Notes under the pieces: generated by a model | What the model was told of the DNA's origin: nothing | The model's input: only the letters and a program-made list of their open reading frames with translations | Databases searched by the model: none | Assembly: GCA_050949045.1 (NCBI GenBank) | Contig: JBMNEZ010000001.1 | Coordinates: forward strand, 128,001 to 192,000 | DNA from: Candidatus Izemoplasmatales bacterium | Lineage (GTDB): Bacteria; Bacillota_I; Bacilli_A; Izemoplasmatales; Hujiaoplasmataceae | DNA: 64,000 nt | Direction of reading: 5' to 3' | Translations under genes and position numbers: made by a program | In this document: positions 10,173-20,291 of the stretch, piece after piece | Position numbering within the stretch: position 1 is the first letter of the stretch | How the letters are laid out: the number at the start of each line of letters is the position of its first letter

Positions 10173-11789
10173 TTATTTGTCTTTAGAAGCTTGAGCTCTT
10201 TTCTCTTTTTTCTCTTGCTCTTCTCTTTCCGCTTCTTCTTGTTCTAAGCGCAAGCGCTCTGCCGGATCCAACCAGACGCCGCCTGCGGCAAGGACTTCGG
10301 CTTTTTGATAGGCAAGGATCTTCTCCTGGTCTTCTTTCAAGTTCTTTTCAACATTAAGGAAAATCATCAATACGGCAATGATTGCATAACAAATAAGTTC
10401 CACAAGCAGAAACGAGATTACAAAAATATTTTCAACATCCGGGCCAACACCGACAGAAGGATCATAATCACTGTTTAACAACATGAAATTGATAAAGGCC
10501 ATGGATACTCCTAGCAAGCCAACCATGATCGATCCATAAACCGCCATTGTAAAACCGTCGCTTCGGAAATGGTTTTTCGCTTCAAGATGGTCAAGCACGT
10601 CAGAAAGCAAAGCCAAAGACACGTACATTGCCGGGATTGAACCGATTCCTTTCAAAACGATACCGGCGCATACCCAATAGAAGTTGTTAACATCAATGAA
10701 ACTCAATGCCCCGCCCAATACCGAGATGATCATTCCGATCAAAATCGATTTCTGCTTGGTCAGTTTGTTTGCGATAGGCCACGCAACGACCATTCCGATT
10801 GCGGTCGGTATTCCGCCAACTATGCCAAGCAAGCCCATTGCCTGGCCGCCCGTTATCGTTCCTTTCAGAACGTAATCGCAAAAATAGGTCATCGAACCGT
10901 TTTTTACAAGGCCGCCCAGTTGAAACAATAGAAAATAGACAATAATCAACCACCAGTATTTGTTGGAAACAACAGCCTTTATCTGTTGAAGCATGGGGAT
11001 TGTTTTTTTCTCAATGTCTAATTTCACGCCTTCTTCGGTAATTCTTTCGCGAGTATTGTAGTATTCGATCAGTACGCCGACAAAAGTAATCACCGAGAGC
11101 ACGATGACAAATATCTTCCAATTATTCAAGCTGGCGGCGGCGTTTATTACCTCTACACCGCCGGGTCCCTCTTCCAACACAAACAACAAATGCTGGAAAA
11201 AGATCGGTACGACCGCACTCGCCACAATCCCGACAGCCGCAACCGCCGAAGCATTGGAAAAAGTTGACAACAGCCCCCGTTTCTTGGGGTTTCTTGTTGA
11301 AAGAGCGACCATCGAACTGTGGCTGGCGTAAAATATCGGATAGAAAAACGCATAGTAGAGATTATAGGAAATGCAAATCCAAATCATTTGCACTGTTACG
11401 TTTGTACTCGGAACCATAATGACAGCCAACAAACCAACAGGCAACAACAAGGAAGAAAGCAACATATAAGGCCTAGCCTTGCCTTGTGAAGTTCTGGTTT
11501 TATCTATCAATCTGCCGCTCAGTAAATTTCCAATAATAACTAGTATTACGGAAAGCAAGGGCAACAAAACTGAGATGTACCCGAAAGTGGCTTTGTTTGT
11601 CCAGCCAATGACATCCGAATAATAGCGGTTTAAGTAAGAACCGAATACCGCATTAGAAATCAAAGCAAGAAAAGGACCGATAAAATACCCCAAGATCATT
11701 TCCTTGGGTTTTACTTCTGCGGACTTAATGGTTGTCCTCAGGAGCGGGTTATCCATAAACCCCTTTTTGACTGTTTGTTCTGTTGCCAT
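10173..11789 (-). CDS. MFS transporter, glycoside-pentoside-hexuronide (GPH) family
   Basis: About 12 TM segments; D(K)TRT..GKARPY motif; charged C-terminal tail; GGAGG RBS. Confidence 0.88.
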   Translation of the reverse strand: MATEQTVKKGFMDNPLLRTTIKSAEVKPKEMILGYFIGPFLALISNAVFGSYLNRYYSDVIGWTNKATFGYISVLLPLLSVILVIIGNLLSGRLIDKTRTSQGKARPYMLLSSLLLPVGLLAVIMVPSTNVTVQMIWICISYNLYYAFFYPIFYASHSSMVALSTRNPKKRGLLSTFSNASAVAAVGIVASAVVPIFFQHLLFVLEEGPGGVEVINAAASLNNWKIFVIVLSVITFVGVLIEYYNTRERITEEGVKLDIEKKTIPMLQQIKAVVSNKYWWLIIVYFLLFQLGGLVKNGSMTYFCDYVLKGTITGGQAMGLLGIVGGIPTAIGMVVAWPIANKLTKQKSILIGMIISVLGGALSFIDVNNFYWVCAGIVLKGIGSIPAMYVSLALLSDVLDHLEAKNHFRSDGFTMAVYGSIMVGLLGVSMAFINFMLLNSDYDPSVGVGPDVENIFVISFLLVELICYAIIAVLMIFLNVEKNLKEDQEKILAYQKAEVLAAGGVWLDPAERLRLEQEEAEREEQEKKEKRAQASKDK

Positions 11790-11801
11790 GTTAACCTCCG
11801 T

Positions 11802-14357
11802 TTATTTTATTTTTTGATCAAAAGAAAACTCACCGCTATGCAAAAGTTTTTCCTCACCGTTAGGCATGATTAAATGGCACTTAGTCCCAACGGGAATTTC
11901 CACATCAATATTGAATCTGTCATCTTCTATCCGCCAACTGCTCTTTATCATTCCATAGGGGGCTTCAAAAGATGCCGAGGCGAATGTTAGTCCGCCGCCT
12001 AAAACGGGTTTTATTCTGAATTCGGCATAGCCTCCCTTGATGGGTTCGATACCCGCGATTCTCTTGTAAAAGAAGTTGCCTACAGCACCATTGGCATAAT
12101 GGTTGAAAGAAACCATTCCCTTGGTGCCGTCATCGGCTCCGGTATTAGATCCACCGTCAGGTTTTAGAGCATCCCAACGCTCCCAAAGCGTGGTTGCCCC
12201 GGCTTTAACTTGATAAAGCCATGAAGGGCAGCTTTCCGTAAGCAGCATCTTATAAGCGTCTTCCACATGGCCATTATCACAAAGGGCAAAAAGAATATAC
12301 GGCGTTCCGGGGAAACCGGTAGCTATGTTGTAATTGTTTTCTCTGACGAGCCTCGCCAGGTTCGCCGCTGCTTTTGCTTTGGTTTCCCCCTTGAAGACTT
12401 CGTAGACGATAGGCAACACGTAAGCGGTTTGGAACTCGTTTTTCAACTTGCCGTTGCCGTCGGTAAACACTTTTATGTATGCATCGGAAATTTCTTGATA
12501 TAAATTATTGTAATATTGTGCATCCTCGCCGTATCCCAATTCATTGGCGATCTTGACCATCAGCCTACAAGAGTTGGCGAAGCATGCCGTAGCTGTCCAT
12601 TTCCCCCTTCTCATCCAGGCCCATAGGCCGAGATTGGGCGCACACCAGTCTCCGTAATGATGGCCCAAACTCCAGATGCGTCTCCTTGTGCCGAAAGAGA
12701 AGAGCTGCGCCCAAAACTTGCACGCCTTGAGATACCTTTTCATTGAATTGTAATTTGATTTCAAAACTTTGATATTGCCCCTTGCTTGGTATTCCGCCCA
12801 AGGGACCAGTATGCAACTATCTCCCCAATGGTCGATAGCCATTACGAAAATGGATTCATAGTTTGTAGGAAAGACCACATGGGGTATGGTAACCGGGATC
12901 CCACCAGTCCTTTTTTGATCGGTACGCAGATCCCTTAGCCATTTGTTATAAAAACGCGAGGTGTCGAAATTGAAAGATGCAGTGGCGGAGAACAGCGCAA
13001 TGTCTCCCGTCCAACCCATTCTTTCATCACGCTGGGGGCAGTCCATCGGAATATCGACAAAGTTGGATTTGGTGCTCCATACAATATTGCTTTGCAGTTG
13101 ATTGAGCAATTCGTTAGAGCAGTTGAATGTCCCCGTTCTTTTGATATCTGAATATAATGCCAGGGCGGATAATTTCAAATCTTTTTGCTTTATTCCTTCG
13201 ACGCTTACATAACGAAAACCCATAAATGTAAATGAGGGGGAATATTCCTGCTTTTTATTGCCATTGCAGATATAGGTAAGTTCTGCTTTGGCACTTCTTA
13301 AAGGCTTTGTAAAGAGTTTGCCATCCATTAGAATTTCGGCATGCCTGAATATGATTTTCTGGTCTTTTTTGCAATTAGAAAAGCTCGCTTTGATTACTCC
13401 TGCGAAATTCTGTCCGAAATCATATATTAAAGTGCCATCATCCAAAGTAGTTATTTCGATTGGTTTAAACTCTTCATGGGCACGGACGAGATCGCCGTAT
13501 GTTACGCGTAAAACGGGATTGAATTTGACCTTTTCAATACCAGCGTCAATCCAAGAAGATTCGTTTAAGTCAACTCTGGCATCATAAACTTCGCCGTCAT
13601 AAAAATCGGCTTCCCTTACAGATCCCTCTCTTGTGACAAGCCAGGTGTTGTCTGTGCCGATAACAGCGGTTGTGCCATCTGTATACTCAACTCTTATTTC
13701 GCAAAGGAATGCCTGCTTTTTCGCAAAGATCCTATTTCTGAGGCTGTGGGTGAATTTTCCTACCGCCCAACCACCGCAGACCGTTGCGGTGAGGATGTCT
13801 TTTCCGCTTAGATTATCGGTGATGTCGTAAATCTGATACTGCATTTGGTTATGATACGATGTAAAGCCGGGGGTAAAATAGTCTTTGCCAATCTTCTTTC
13901 CATTGATGTTGATCTCGTATATCCCCAAGGCCGTGCTACAAACCCGCACTCGCTTAATTGGCTTTTCAAAGACTAGTTCTTTTTTGAATACCATCGGCTC
14001 GGGAGACACTTTTTTCCGTGTGAATTTATATGTGGGATCGCTTATCCACGCACCCTGCCACGGAAGGCCCATCCTTCCTGTTTCAAAGGTGGTTTGTGCC
14101 TCCGCTTTTTGGGAATGGTTATCCTCGGCCACCACATTGACGAGATAGGTGGTAAATGGTTTGAGTTTTTCGCCGCCATAGGAAATACCGATCTGGCTAT
14201 CCGTTGTTGTATTCCAGCCGTTGACGCTGATTTTTGCTTTGTTTAACCTAGTATCGGGAATATCGCTTTCAAGCGCAAAAGAAAACTGCGGTCGCTCCTT
14301 ATCGGTGATACAGTTTTCTTTTAGATTCTCGGTCTTGATGTATGATATTTTCAACAT
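11802..14357 (-). CDS. GH78 alpha-L-rhamnosidase-like protein
   Basis: YDFGQNFAG, FTFMGFRY, DCPQRDERMGWTGD, TTLWERW, SFNHY. Confidence 0.9.
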   Translation of the reverse strand: MLKISYIKTENLKENCITDKERPQFSFALESDIPDTRLNKAKISVNGWNTTTDSQIGISYGGEKLKPFTTYLVNVVAEDNHSQKAEAQTTFETGRMGLPWQGAWISDPTYKFTRKKVSPEPMVFKKELVFEKPIKRVRVCSTALGIYEININGKKIGKDYFTPGFTSYHNQMQYQIYDITDNLSGKDILTATVCGGWAVGKFTHSLRNRIFAKKQAFLCEIRVEYTDGTTAVIGTDNTWLVTREGSVREADFYDGEVYDARVDLNESSWIDAGIEKVKFNPVLRVTYGDLVRAHEEFKPIEITTLDDGTLIYDFGQNFAGVIKASFSNCKKDQKIIFRHAEILMDGKLFTKPLRSAKAELTYICNGNKKQEYSPSFTFMGFRYVSVEGIKQKDLKLSALALYSDIKRTGTFNCSNELLNQLQSNIVWSTKSNFVDIPMDCPQRDERMGWTGDIALFSATASFNFDTSRFYNKWLRDLRTDQKRTGGIPVTIPHVVFPTNYESIFVMAIDHWGDSCILVPWAEYQARGNIKVLKSNYNSMKRYLKACKFWAQLFSFGTRRRIWSLGHHYGDWCAPNLGLWAWMRRGKWTATACFANSCRLMVKIANELGYGEDAQYYNNLYQEISDAYIKVFTDGNGKLKNEFQTAYVLPIVYEVFKGETKAKAAANLARLVRENNYNIATGFPGTPYILFALCDNGHVEDAYKMLLTESCPSWLYQVKAGATTLWERWDALKPDGGSNTGADDGTKGMVSFNHYANGAVGNFFYKRIAGIEPIKGGYAEFRIKPVLGGGLTFASASFEAPYGMIKSSWRIEDDRFNIDVEIPVGTKCHLIMPNGEEKLLHSGEFSFDQKIK

Positions 14358-14589
14358 AACAGAATACCTCCCATTTACAAATCAAAAGGTGTTATTGCGG
14401 AATGCCTGCCATAACATCATTATTAATTGCCGTTTGCGATAACTGTTATCATCAAATCACCTATCACAAATAACCGTAATATGTAATTTTCATTTATTGA
14501 TTTTATATCATCATTATCTAAAATCATTACATTTTTTTCAATGCCTATTTCCTAAATTATTGGTTTTTAAACGTAATCTTAGCGTAACG

Positions 14590-14615
14590 AAAAAAGGATA
14601 GTAAATTATCCTTTT
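14590..14615 (-). terminator. Probable intrinsic terminator after the histidine kinase gene
   Basis: aaaaggata-6nt-tatcctttt inverted repeat with flanking A/T tracts. Confidence 0.5.
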
Positions 14616-14678
14616 GTTTTTGCTTTCATTATTCTTATGTAGCATGATTATTTGACTACATAACGGCAGATAGAAAGC

Positions 14679-15956
14679 TTAATCGGTTGTCGGTATCAGG
14701 ATATTCAACTGAAACAGATTGTTTTTTGTATCAATGGAGAGGATCCCTCCATATTTTTCTACGATCATCTTGATGCTTTTCATCCCAAATCCGTGATAAT
14801 TTTTATCGGCTTTTGTTGTTTGAGGCAAATCATCAAACATGTTGATATTGCCTTGATACTGGTTTTCTAGGTGTATCGATACCATGTTCATATTTTTTTT
14901 GATATGAATGCTGATAGTCTTGTTGTCGCTGTCGATGTTTTGCACCGCTTCGATCGAATTATCAAGCGCGTTGCCAAAAAGAGAGTAGATATCAGACGAG
15001 CGCATGAAGGAAAGAATATTGCCGTCAGCTATGCAATTGATTTTTATATTGTATTTTGCGCACGCATATGCCTTTTCAAATAGGATGATATCCAAGGCTT
15101 CGTTACCGGTTCTTAAGTTTATGTCGAACATTGATATTATTTCGTTTAACTCTCCGATTTCTTCAGAGCTGATTCGGCCTTCAAGTTGAGACAATTGATG
15201 TTTCATATCATGGAATTTGACATTGAATAGTTCAAAAGTGTGCTTGGAGGATCGCAACTGTTTTTTTTGTAGAACAAGCATCTGCTCCAAGGTTGCCAAT
15301 TCTTTACCTTTGAAAGTGATTTCTAGCAAGCTGTATTGATAGCTTAGAGTTAATAAACAACATAAAATATCATAAATGGCAAGCATAGAATATACTGAAT
15401 AGTCTTCCCTGTAACTGTATTGACCCAACACAATGGACACTAATGTCAGGGAAATGGTCAGCAGTATGATTTGATTGTTTTTGAACGCCGTAATATCGTA
15501 TCTTTCCAAACGTTTAGCAAACAGAAAATAGAAAAGCACGTATACAATCGGCAAAGCCGCAAAATAAAAGATCGAAGTGTCAGCCAGCCCGAATTTAATT
15601 TCACCGATGCTTTGAAATATTTCTCCGAGTTTATAGGCGCTGTGCTGAGTGGCGAAGGCGCTGATTTCACAAAAAATAGCGGTTCTTAAAGGTATTTTGA
15701 AACAAAACATCAATAGCATGGTTGTGATAATCACAATTGATGTGAATTTCAATATATCCCAAGGAGTATAACGCGTTTCAAAAAAATTCCAAATAAATAG
15801 TATTAAGATCAGTATCGAAAAGCACAAAAGCACGCGAAGAAGAAAATGGTTCCGTCTTTTTAGAGTATAGACAAACATGATGTTTGTAATCAGCATTTCG
15901 AGGCCAAAGCCATATTTCTCAAACAATTCTTTTATAAACTCAAAAAATGGGCTCAT
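14679..15956 (-). CDS. Membrane sensor histidine kinase (AgrC/LytTR-associated GHKL type)
   Basis: 6-7 TM segments, FHDMKHQ H-box, FGNALDNSIEA N-box, TTK...HGFGMKSI G-box; ATGA overlap with the response regulator. Confidence 0.9.
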   Translation of the reverse strand: MSPFFEFIKELFEKYGFGLEMLITNIMFVYTLKRRNHFLLRVLLCFSILILILFIWNFFETRYTPWDILKFTSIVIITTMLLMFCFKIPLRTAIFCEISAFATQHSAYKLGEIFQSIGEIKFGLADTSIFYFAALPIVYVLFYFLFAKRLERYDITAFKNNQIILLTISLTLVSIVLGQYSYREDYSVYSMLAIYDILCCLLTLSYQYSLLEITFKGKELATLEQMLVLQKKQLRSSKHTFELFNVKFHDMKHQLSQLEGRISSEEIGELNEIISMFDINLRTGNEALDIILFEKAYACAKYNIKINCIADGNILSFMRSSDIYSLFGNALDNSIEAVQNIDSDNKTISIHIKKNMNMVSIHLENQYQGNINMFDDLPQTTKADKNYHGFGMKSIKMIVEKYGGILSIDTKNNLFQLNILIPTTD

Positions 15957-16669
15957 ACAAAATTACCTTGCCCCAACCAGTCCGCAAGTTCCATCAGAAA
16001 TTTCTTCTTTTTTGGATGACTGATTAGAAGCGTATCATCATTTTTCATCAATATCGTCATTCCGCTTATCGACTTGATATATCTTGGGTTGACCAAATAA
16101 CAGTTGTTGCAGCGCATAAAATTGTTGGGTTTCAAACGCTTTTCATATTCGGTTAACGATCCGGTAGCCACTACTGTCTCTTCATTGGTGTGAAAATGAA
16201 TTTTATGCCCGGTCACTTCTAAATACAACAATTCGCTGATTGGCAATCTAATAAAACCACGGGCTTTTGAGATCACAATCTCAGCATCTTGATTGGCTCT
16301 CACGATTTTCAGCGCTTTATCCATTTTTTGAGCTATGGTAGCGTAATTTACAGGCTTTACAACAAAATCTAAGGCATCGACCTCGTACCCCTTAACGGCA
16401 TATTGAGCCATGTTAGTAACAAAAATTATAATTACCTGTTTATCGGCCCGCCTTATTTTTCTAGCGGCTTCAAGTCCGTTGATATCAGGTATTTCGATAT
16501 CCATGAAGATAATATTGTAAATCTTTTTGTATTCCGATAAAAAACTGACCGCTTCATCAAATTTTTTAATATTCAATTTTACATTGTTTAATTCAGAGTA
16601 TTTTTTTAGATAATTTTCTATTAAGTTCGAATCAGATGCGTTGTCTTCTACAACGGCTACATTTATCAT
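15953..16669 (-). CDS. LytTR-family response regulator
   Basis: VVED, FMDIE, VKP receiver motifs; FMRCNNCYLVN LytTR domain. Confidence 0.93.
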   Translation of the reverse strand: MINVAVVEDNASDSNLIENYLKKYSELNNVKLNIKKFDEAVSFLSEYKKIYNIIFMDIEIPDINGLEAARKIRRADKQVIIIFVTNMAQYAVKGYEVDALDFVVKPVNYATIAQKMDKALKIVRANQDAEIVISKARGFIRLPISELLYLEVTGHKIHFHTNEETVVATGSLTEYEKRLKPNNFMRCNNCYLVNPRYIKSISGMTILMKNDDTLLISHPKKKKFLMELADWLGQGNFV

Positions 16670-16756
16670 TTTCTAGACCCCCTTACTGCTTACTGAGATG
16701 ATGGGCATGATGAGGCAATGAATTAATAGAACGTTTTCATCGCATCGGTGTTGTCT

Positions 16757-18046
16757 CTATTTTAGATTAAAGGCAATATCGATCTCATCGATCCGATCTT
16801 GGGTGATGGGATTGATCGATCCGATTTTTGTCGCATCGATGATAGTCTTCGCAGTGAATTCAGCGACTTCCAATCTGTCGAACGCATTGATGATGGTGGA
16901 GCCAACGGTTAATACAAAATCATTTTCCGCCAGAATGACGGGGGTGGATCGGTTGATTTTGTCGACCAAAGCTTGTGGATTCAAGATAGACAATCCATAG
17001 GGAATGCGAACCAAATCACGGATCATAATGTAAGACTCCGGAATCGTGCGGGGGTCAATCGGTGCTTTTGTAATGCCAAAAGCCATCATATGCGTTGGTT
17101 GGGCGATGACGATTGCATTGACTTCGGGATGACGATCATAAATCAATTTATGCAAATCAACTGAACGTGAAGGCTGTTTTCCGTATTCACGTAAACCATT
17201 TTGAATGAGAACAATCTCTTCGGGCTCTAAGTATTTTCGGTCAATCCCATAAGGAGTGATCAGGAAGTTATTTTCATCCAGTCGCTGTGAGAAGGTTCCC
17301 ATCGTGCTGGTGAACAAGTCTTGGTCATATGCCCGATGGATGAGAGCACACATCTCCTTGCGTGCTTTCTTTTCTTGTGAGGTAATTTCAACGGGCTGGA
17401 ACTCGTCAGGGAGTTTTTGGCCTTTTTTCAGATTGAGTTTGATTTCCTCGTCGGTTAAGGCGGTGGCTTCACCCAACTGTTTTGCGATAATGTTCAATTT
17501 GGCGCAGTGTTCCAAGGTTTCAAAAATCTTGAATGCGTTAAACATATTATCGGCACAAGCTACAACGCCATGATTTTCCATGATGACGACGTTATGCCCC
17601 TTAGCGAACTGGGCGGATATTTTTCGTCCCAGTTTTTCACTCCCGGGCAAATCATAATCCGCAAAACCGATTTCACCGCAAACCAAATGAGGCAAAGGGA
17701 TGATTTTTGTATTCGGGACTTTGCCGACCAAACTGAAACTAACCAATGAATGTGGATGGGCGTGAAGGACAGCTTTCACATCGGGCCTAACTTTATAGAC
17801 GTGTTTATGAAAGGGGGTTTCCACAGAAGGACGGTGCTTTCCGATTACCCTTCCATCCGGCTTTATTTGGCAAATGTCCGCGGTGGTCAAGGCGCCTTTG
17901 TCAATTCCAGAAGGCGTGATCCAAATATCGCCTTTATCGTCAAGGATGGACAGATTTCCTCCCGATGTGGTTGTCATTTGTTTCTTATAAATCCGATTGA
18001 TCAACAAGACAATTTGTTCTGCAGGATGCATATGCACAAAATTCAT
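16757..18046 (-). CDS. Class II aldolase/adducin-family protein with two tandem domains (fuculose/rhamnulose-phosphate aldolase-like)
   Basis: Domain 1: GGNLS, ITPSG, PSVE, LHAH, MENHG (Zn ligands intact). Domain 2: GTFS, ITPYG, PSRS, IAQP, AEND (ligands lost). Confidence 0.85.
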   Translation of the reverse strand: MNFVHMHPAEQIVLLINRIYKKQMTTTSGGNLSILDDKGDIWITPSGIDKGALTTADICQIKPDGRVIGKHRPSVETPFHKHVYKVRPDVKAVLHAHPHSLVSFSLVGKVPNTKIIPLPHLVCGEIGFADYDLPGSEKLGRKISAQFAKGHNVVIMENHGVVACADNMFNAFKIFETLEHCAKLNIIAKQLGEATALTDEEIKLNLKKGQKLPDEFQPVEITSQEKKARKEMCALIHRAYDQDLFTSTMGTFSQRLDENNFLITPYGIDRKYLEPEEIVLIQNGLREYGKQPSRSVDLHKLIYDRHPEVNAIVIAQPTHMMAFGITKAPIDPRTIPESYIMIRDLVRIPYGLSILNPQALVDKINRSTPVILAENDFVLTVGSTIINAFDRLEVAEFTAKTIIDATKIGSINPITQDRIDEIDIAFNLK

Positions 18047-18309
18047 TTGTACCTTCCTTTCCCTTGAAAATGCTAGAAACCTTGATATTCTCCCTTGACT
18101 TTGATTGAGTAGAGGATGTTCTCAAATTCCCTTGCTTAATGAAGCCATGTCATGAAACCTCCTCAAGAAATTGGCTTTACTGAAATTTTTGAGTTTACAC
18201 GCCACTGATTTATCATAAATGTTGCCGGGGATATCCTTGAACGTTATTTTTCTTTTTCCTAAAATTTTTTTGGAGTGATAAACTGTGATTTTGGCATTTG
18301 ACACCCTTT

Positions 18310-19683
18310 TTAGATGCGAAAAAGCGCATCTTTGACAAGCTCGCCTACGGTAGGATGCGGATAGATGAGGCGCTTGATTTCTTTGATATCGATTTCCAGA
18401 TTCAGCATCGCGCCCAAGAATACGGCGATCTCGCTAGCGTATAATGATAACATATGCGCACCGATCAACGTATTTTTCTTTTGGTCGATGATCAGTTTGA
18501 GAAAGCCTCCGCGGTCATTGCTTTCAGCCATGTGGCGCCCTGAATAGGCGATCGGCAAGGTTACGGTTTTGAAGTCGTATCCCGCTTTGTTGGCATCAGC
18601 CTCCGTATAACCAACCGAGCACGCTTCTAATGAAGTGTAGATGACCGAGGGGATGACATTATAATTGATTTGATCTTTTTTGCCGGTCAGATTGTTGAAA
18701 CAGACTTCGGCTTCCCGGTATGCCGTATGGGCAAGCATGACTTTGCCGTTGACATCGCCGATGGCGTAGACATTGGCGACATTGGTATTCATCTGTTCAT
18801 CTGTAACGATGGAACCGTCTTTTCTTAATTCAACATTTATTGATTCCAAACCGAGGCCTGCCGTGTTGGCTTTTCTGCCGGCGGACAATAAGGCACAGTC
18901 ATGAGTAATAGTGTGGTATTGTTGGTTGTTGTCTAGATATGTGATTTTCTGTGGTTCGATTTTCGTAACTTTAGCATTTAAGATTAAGGCAACGCCTTTT
19001 GCTTTGAGAAGTCTTTTCAATCCCTTGGAAAGGTCGGCGTCGATTCCGCCGCCGATATCAGGCAACATCTCGATGATGGTTACTTCGCTTCCCACTTGAG
19101 AGAAATACATCGCCATTTCAAGTCCGATCACGCCGCCGCCGATTATACTGAGTTTCTGGGGTATTTCTTGAAGATCGAGAATCTCTCTGCTTGTCAACAT
19201 TGTACCATTTTTGATTGCATCGGTCAAACCTTCGATAGGCGGAATAAATGGTATAGAACCGGTGGCGGAGATCAACTTTCTGCCGGTATATTCGACATCA
19301 CCAACAATAATGGTGAAACCGGAAGCGGTCTTTCCTGTGATTTTTGCAGACCCACTGACTACATCGACATTTGCTGACTTCAACATGTAGTCTACTCCAG
19401 CGACCAAAGTTTTGACAACTTGATTTTTGCGTTTGACAACTGCACGCTGGTCATATGAAACATCTTTGACATGGATGCCGTAATCGGCTCCATGTTTTGC
19501 ATGACTGTAAAGCTTGGCGCTGTGCAGAAACGCTTTGCTGGGGATGCAACCCTCATTCAGACAGACTCCACCCAGTTTGTTTTTTTCCACTATCAAAGTG
19601 CTCAGACCGGCTTTTCCAGCTAGAAAAGCCGCATGATAGCCTCCCGGCCCGCCGCCAATGACGATTAAATCATAAACATTCAT
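18310..19683 (-). CDS. lpdA: Dihydrolipoyl dehydrogenase
   Basis: GGGPGGY, GGVCLNEGCIPSK redox disulfide, GGGVIGLE, HPTVGE; start moved to ATG 19683 (GAGGAGG RBS). Confidence 0.92.
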   Translation of the reverse strand: MNVYDLIVIGGGPGGYHAAFLAGKAGLSTLIVEKNKLGGVCLNEGCIPSKAFLHSAKLYSHAKHGADYGIHVKDVSYDQRAVVKRKNQVVKTLVAGVDYMLKSANVDVVSGSAKITGKTASGFTIIVGDVEYTGRKLISATGSIPFIPPIEGLTDAIKNGTMLTSREILDLQEIPQKLSIIGGGVIGLEMAMYFSQVGSEVTIIEMLPDIGGGIDADLSKGLKRLLKAKGVALILNAKVTKIEPQKITYLDNNQQYHTITHDCALLSAGRKANTAGLGLESINVELRKDGSIVTDEQMNTNVANVYAIGDVNGKVMLAHTAYREAEVCFNNLTGKKDQINYNVIPSVIYTSLEACSVGYTEADANKAGYDFKTVTLPIAYSGRHMAESNDRGGFLKLIIDQKKNTLIGAHMLSLYASEIAVFLGAMLNLEIDIKEIKRLIYPHPTVGELVKDALFRI

Positions 19684-20045
19684 CTTCTGCCTCCTCTTTT
19701 GGGCCTTTTCAATAAAACGGATATCTACAAAAAGCATATCACAGTATCAAACTTTTACATAGTCGATTTTGTGAAATATGGAGTGTCGTTGCCTTGGTTC
19801 GAGTATTTTTTCATCACTTTTAACCTGTTAATTTAACTAATTCATGTAATCAATCAATGCTTGTCATATCAATTATAACAGAAAACTACAAACTATTCTC
19901 AAAACTCATTTATGAGTTTGCTGGACTTATTTATGGTCGTGTTATCCAAATTATTTTGTATTTTGTATCGCCATATTGGTTGTTAATACAAATCATGTAT
20001 GAATATTGACAGATTATGCCCTGTTAATTTTATTGCGGAATCATT

Positions 20046-20055
20046 GTGATATAAT
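20046..20055 (+). promoter_or_regulatory. Extended -10 promoter candidate for the GH3 gene at 20292
   Basis: gTGaTATAAT; no good -35 at 17 bp spacing. Confidence 0.4.
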
Positions 20056-20291
20056 GAATTTAACGAAATAAAGAAAGCGTTTTACTAACACAAAGCTATC
20101 ATTTTTATAAATTTTTTCTCTTTTCAATAACTTTAGAATAACGTTTGGAGAAGCGCGTTGTTGTTGACGGCTTTCTTCATATGAACTTAATATCTCTAAC
20201 GGTTTTATGAAACAAAATGGATCAAGGCAGATTTTCCATGCGTATATTAGGATGAAAATCCATAATATAAAAAATATATAAGGAGGAAAAC

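Noticed and set aside
14438..14480. GATAAC-T-GTTATC palindrome and ataaccgtaat shared with 27290-27300 as a common operator
   Set aside because: Short, AT-rich and without consistent spacing to promoters; could be chance
18122..18304. 60-aa ORF between lpdA and the aldolase
   Set aside because: No recognisable motif and only a weak RBS; possibly gene debris, not supportable as a CDS
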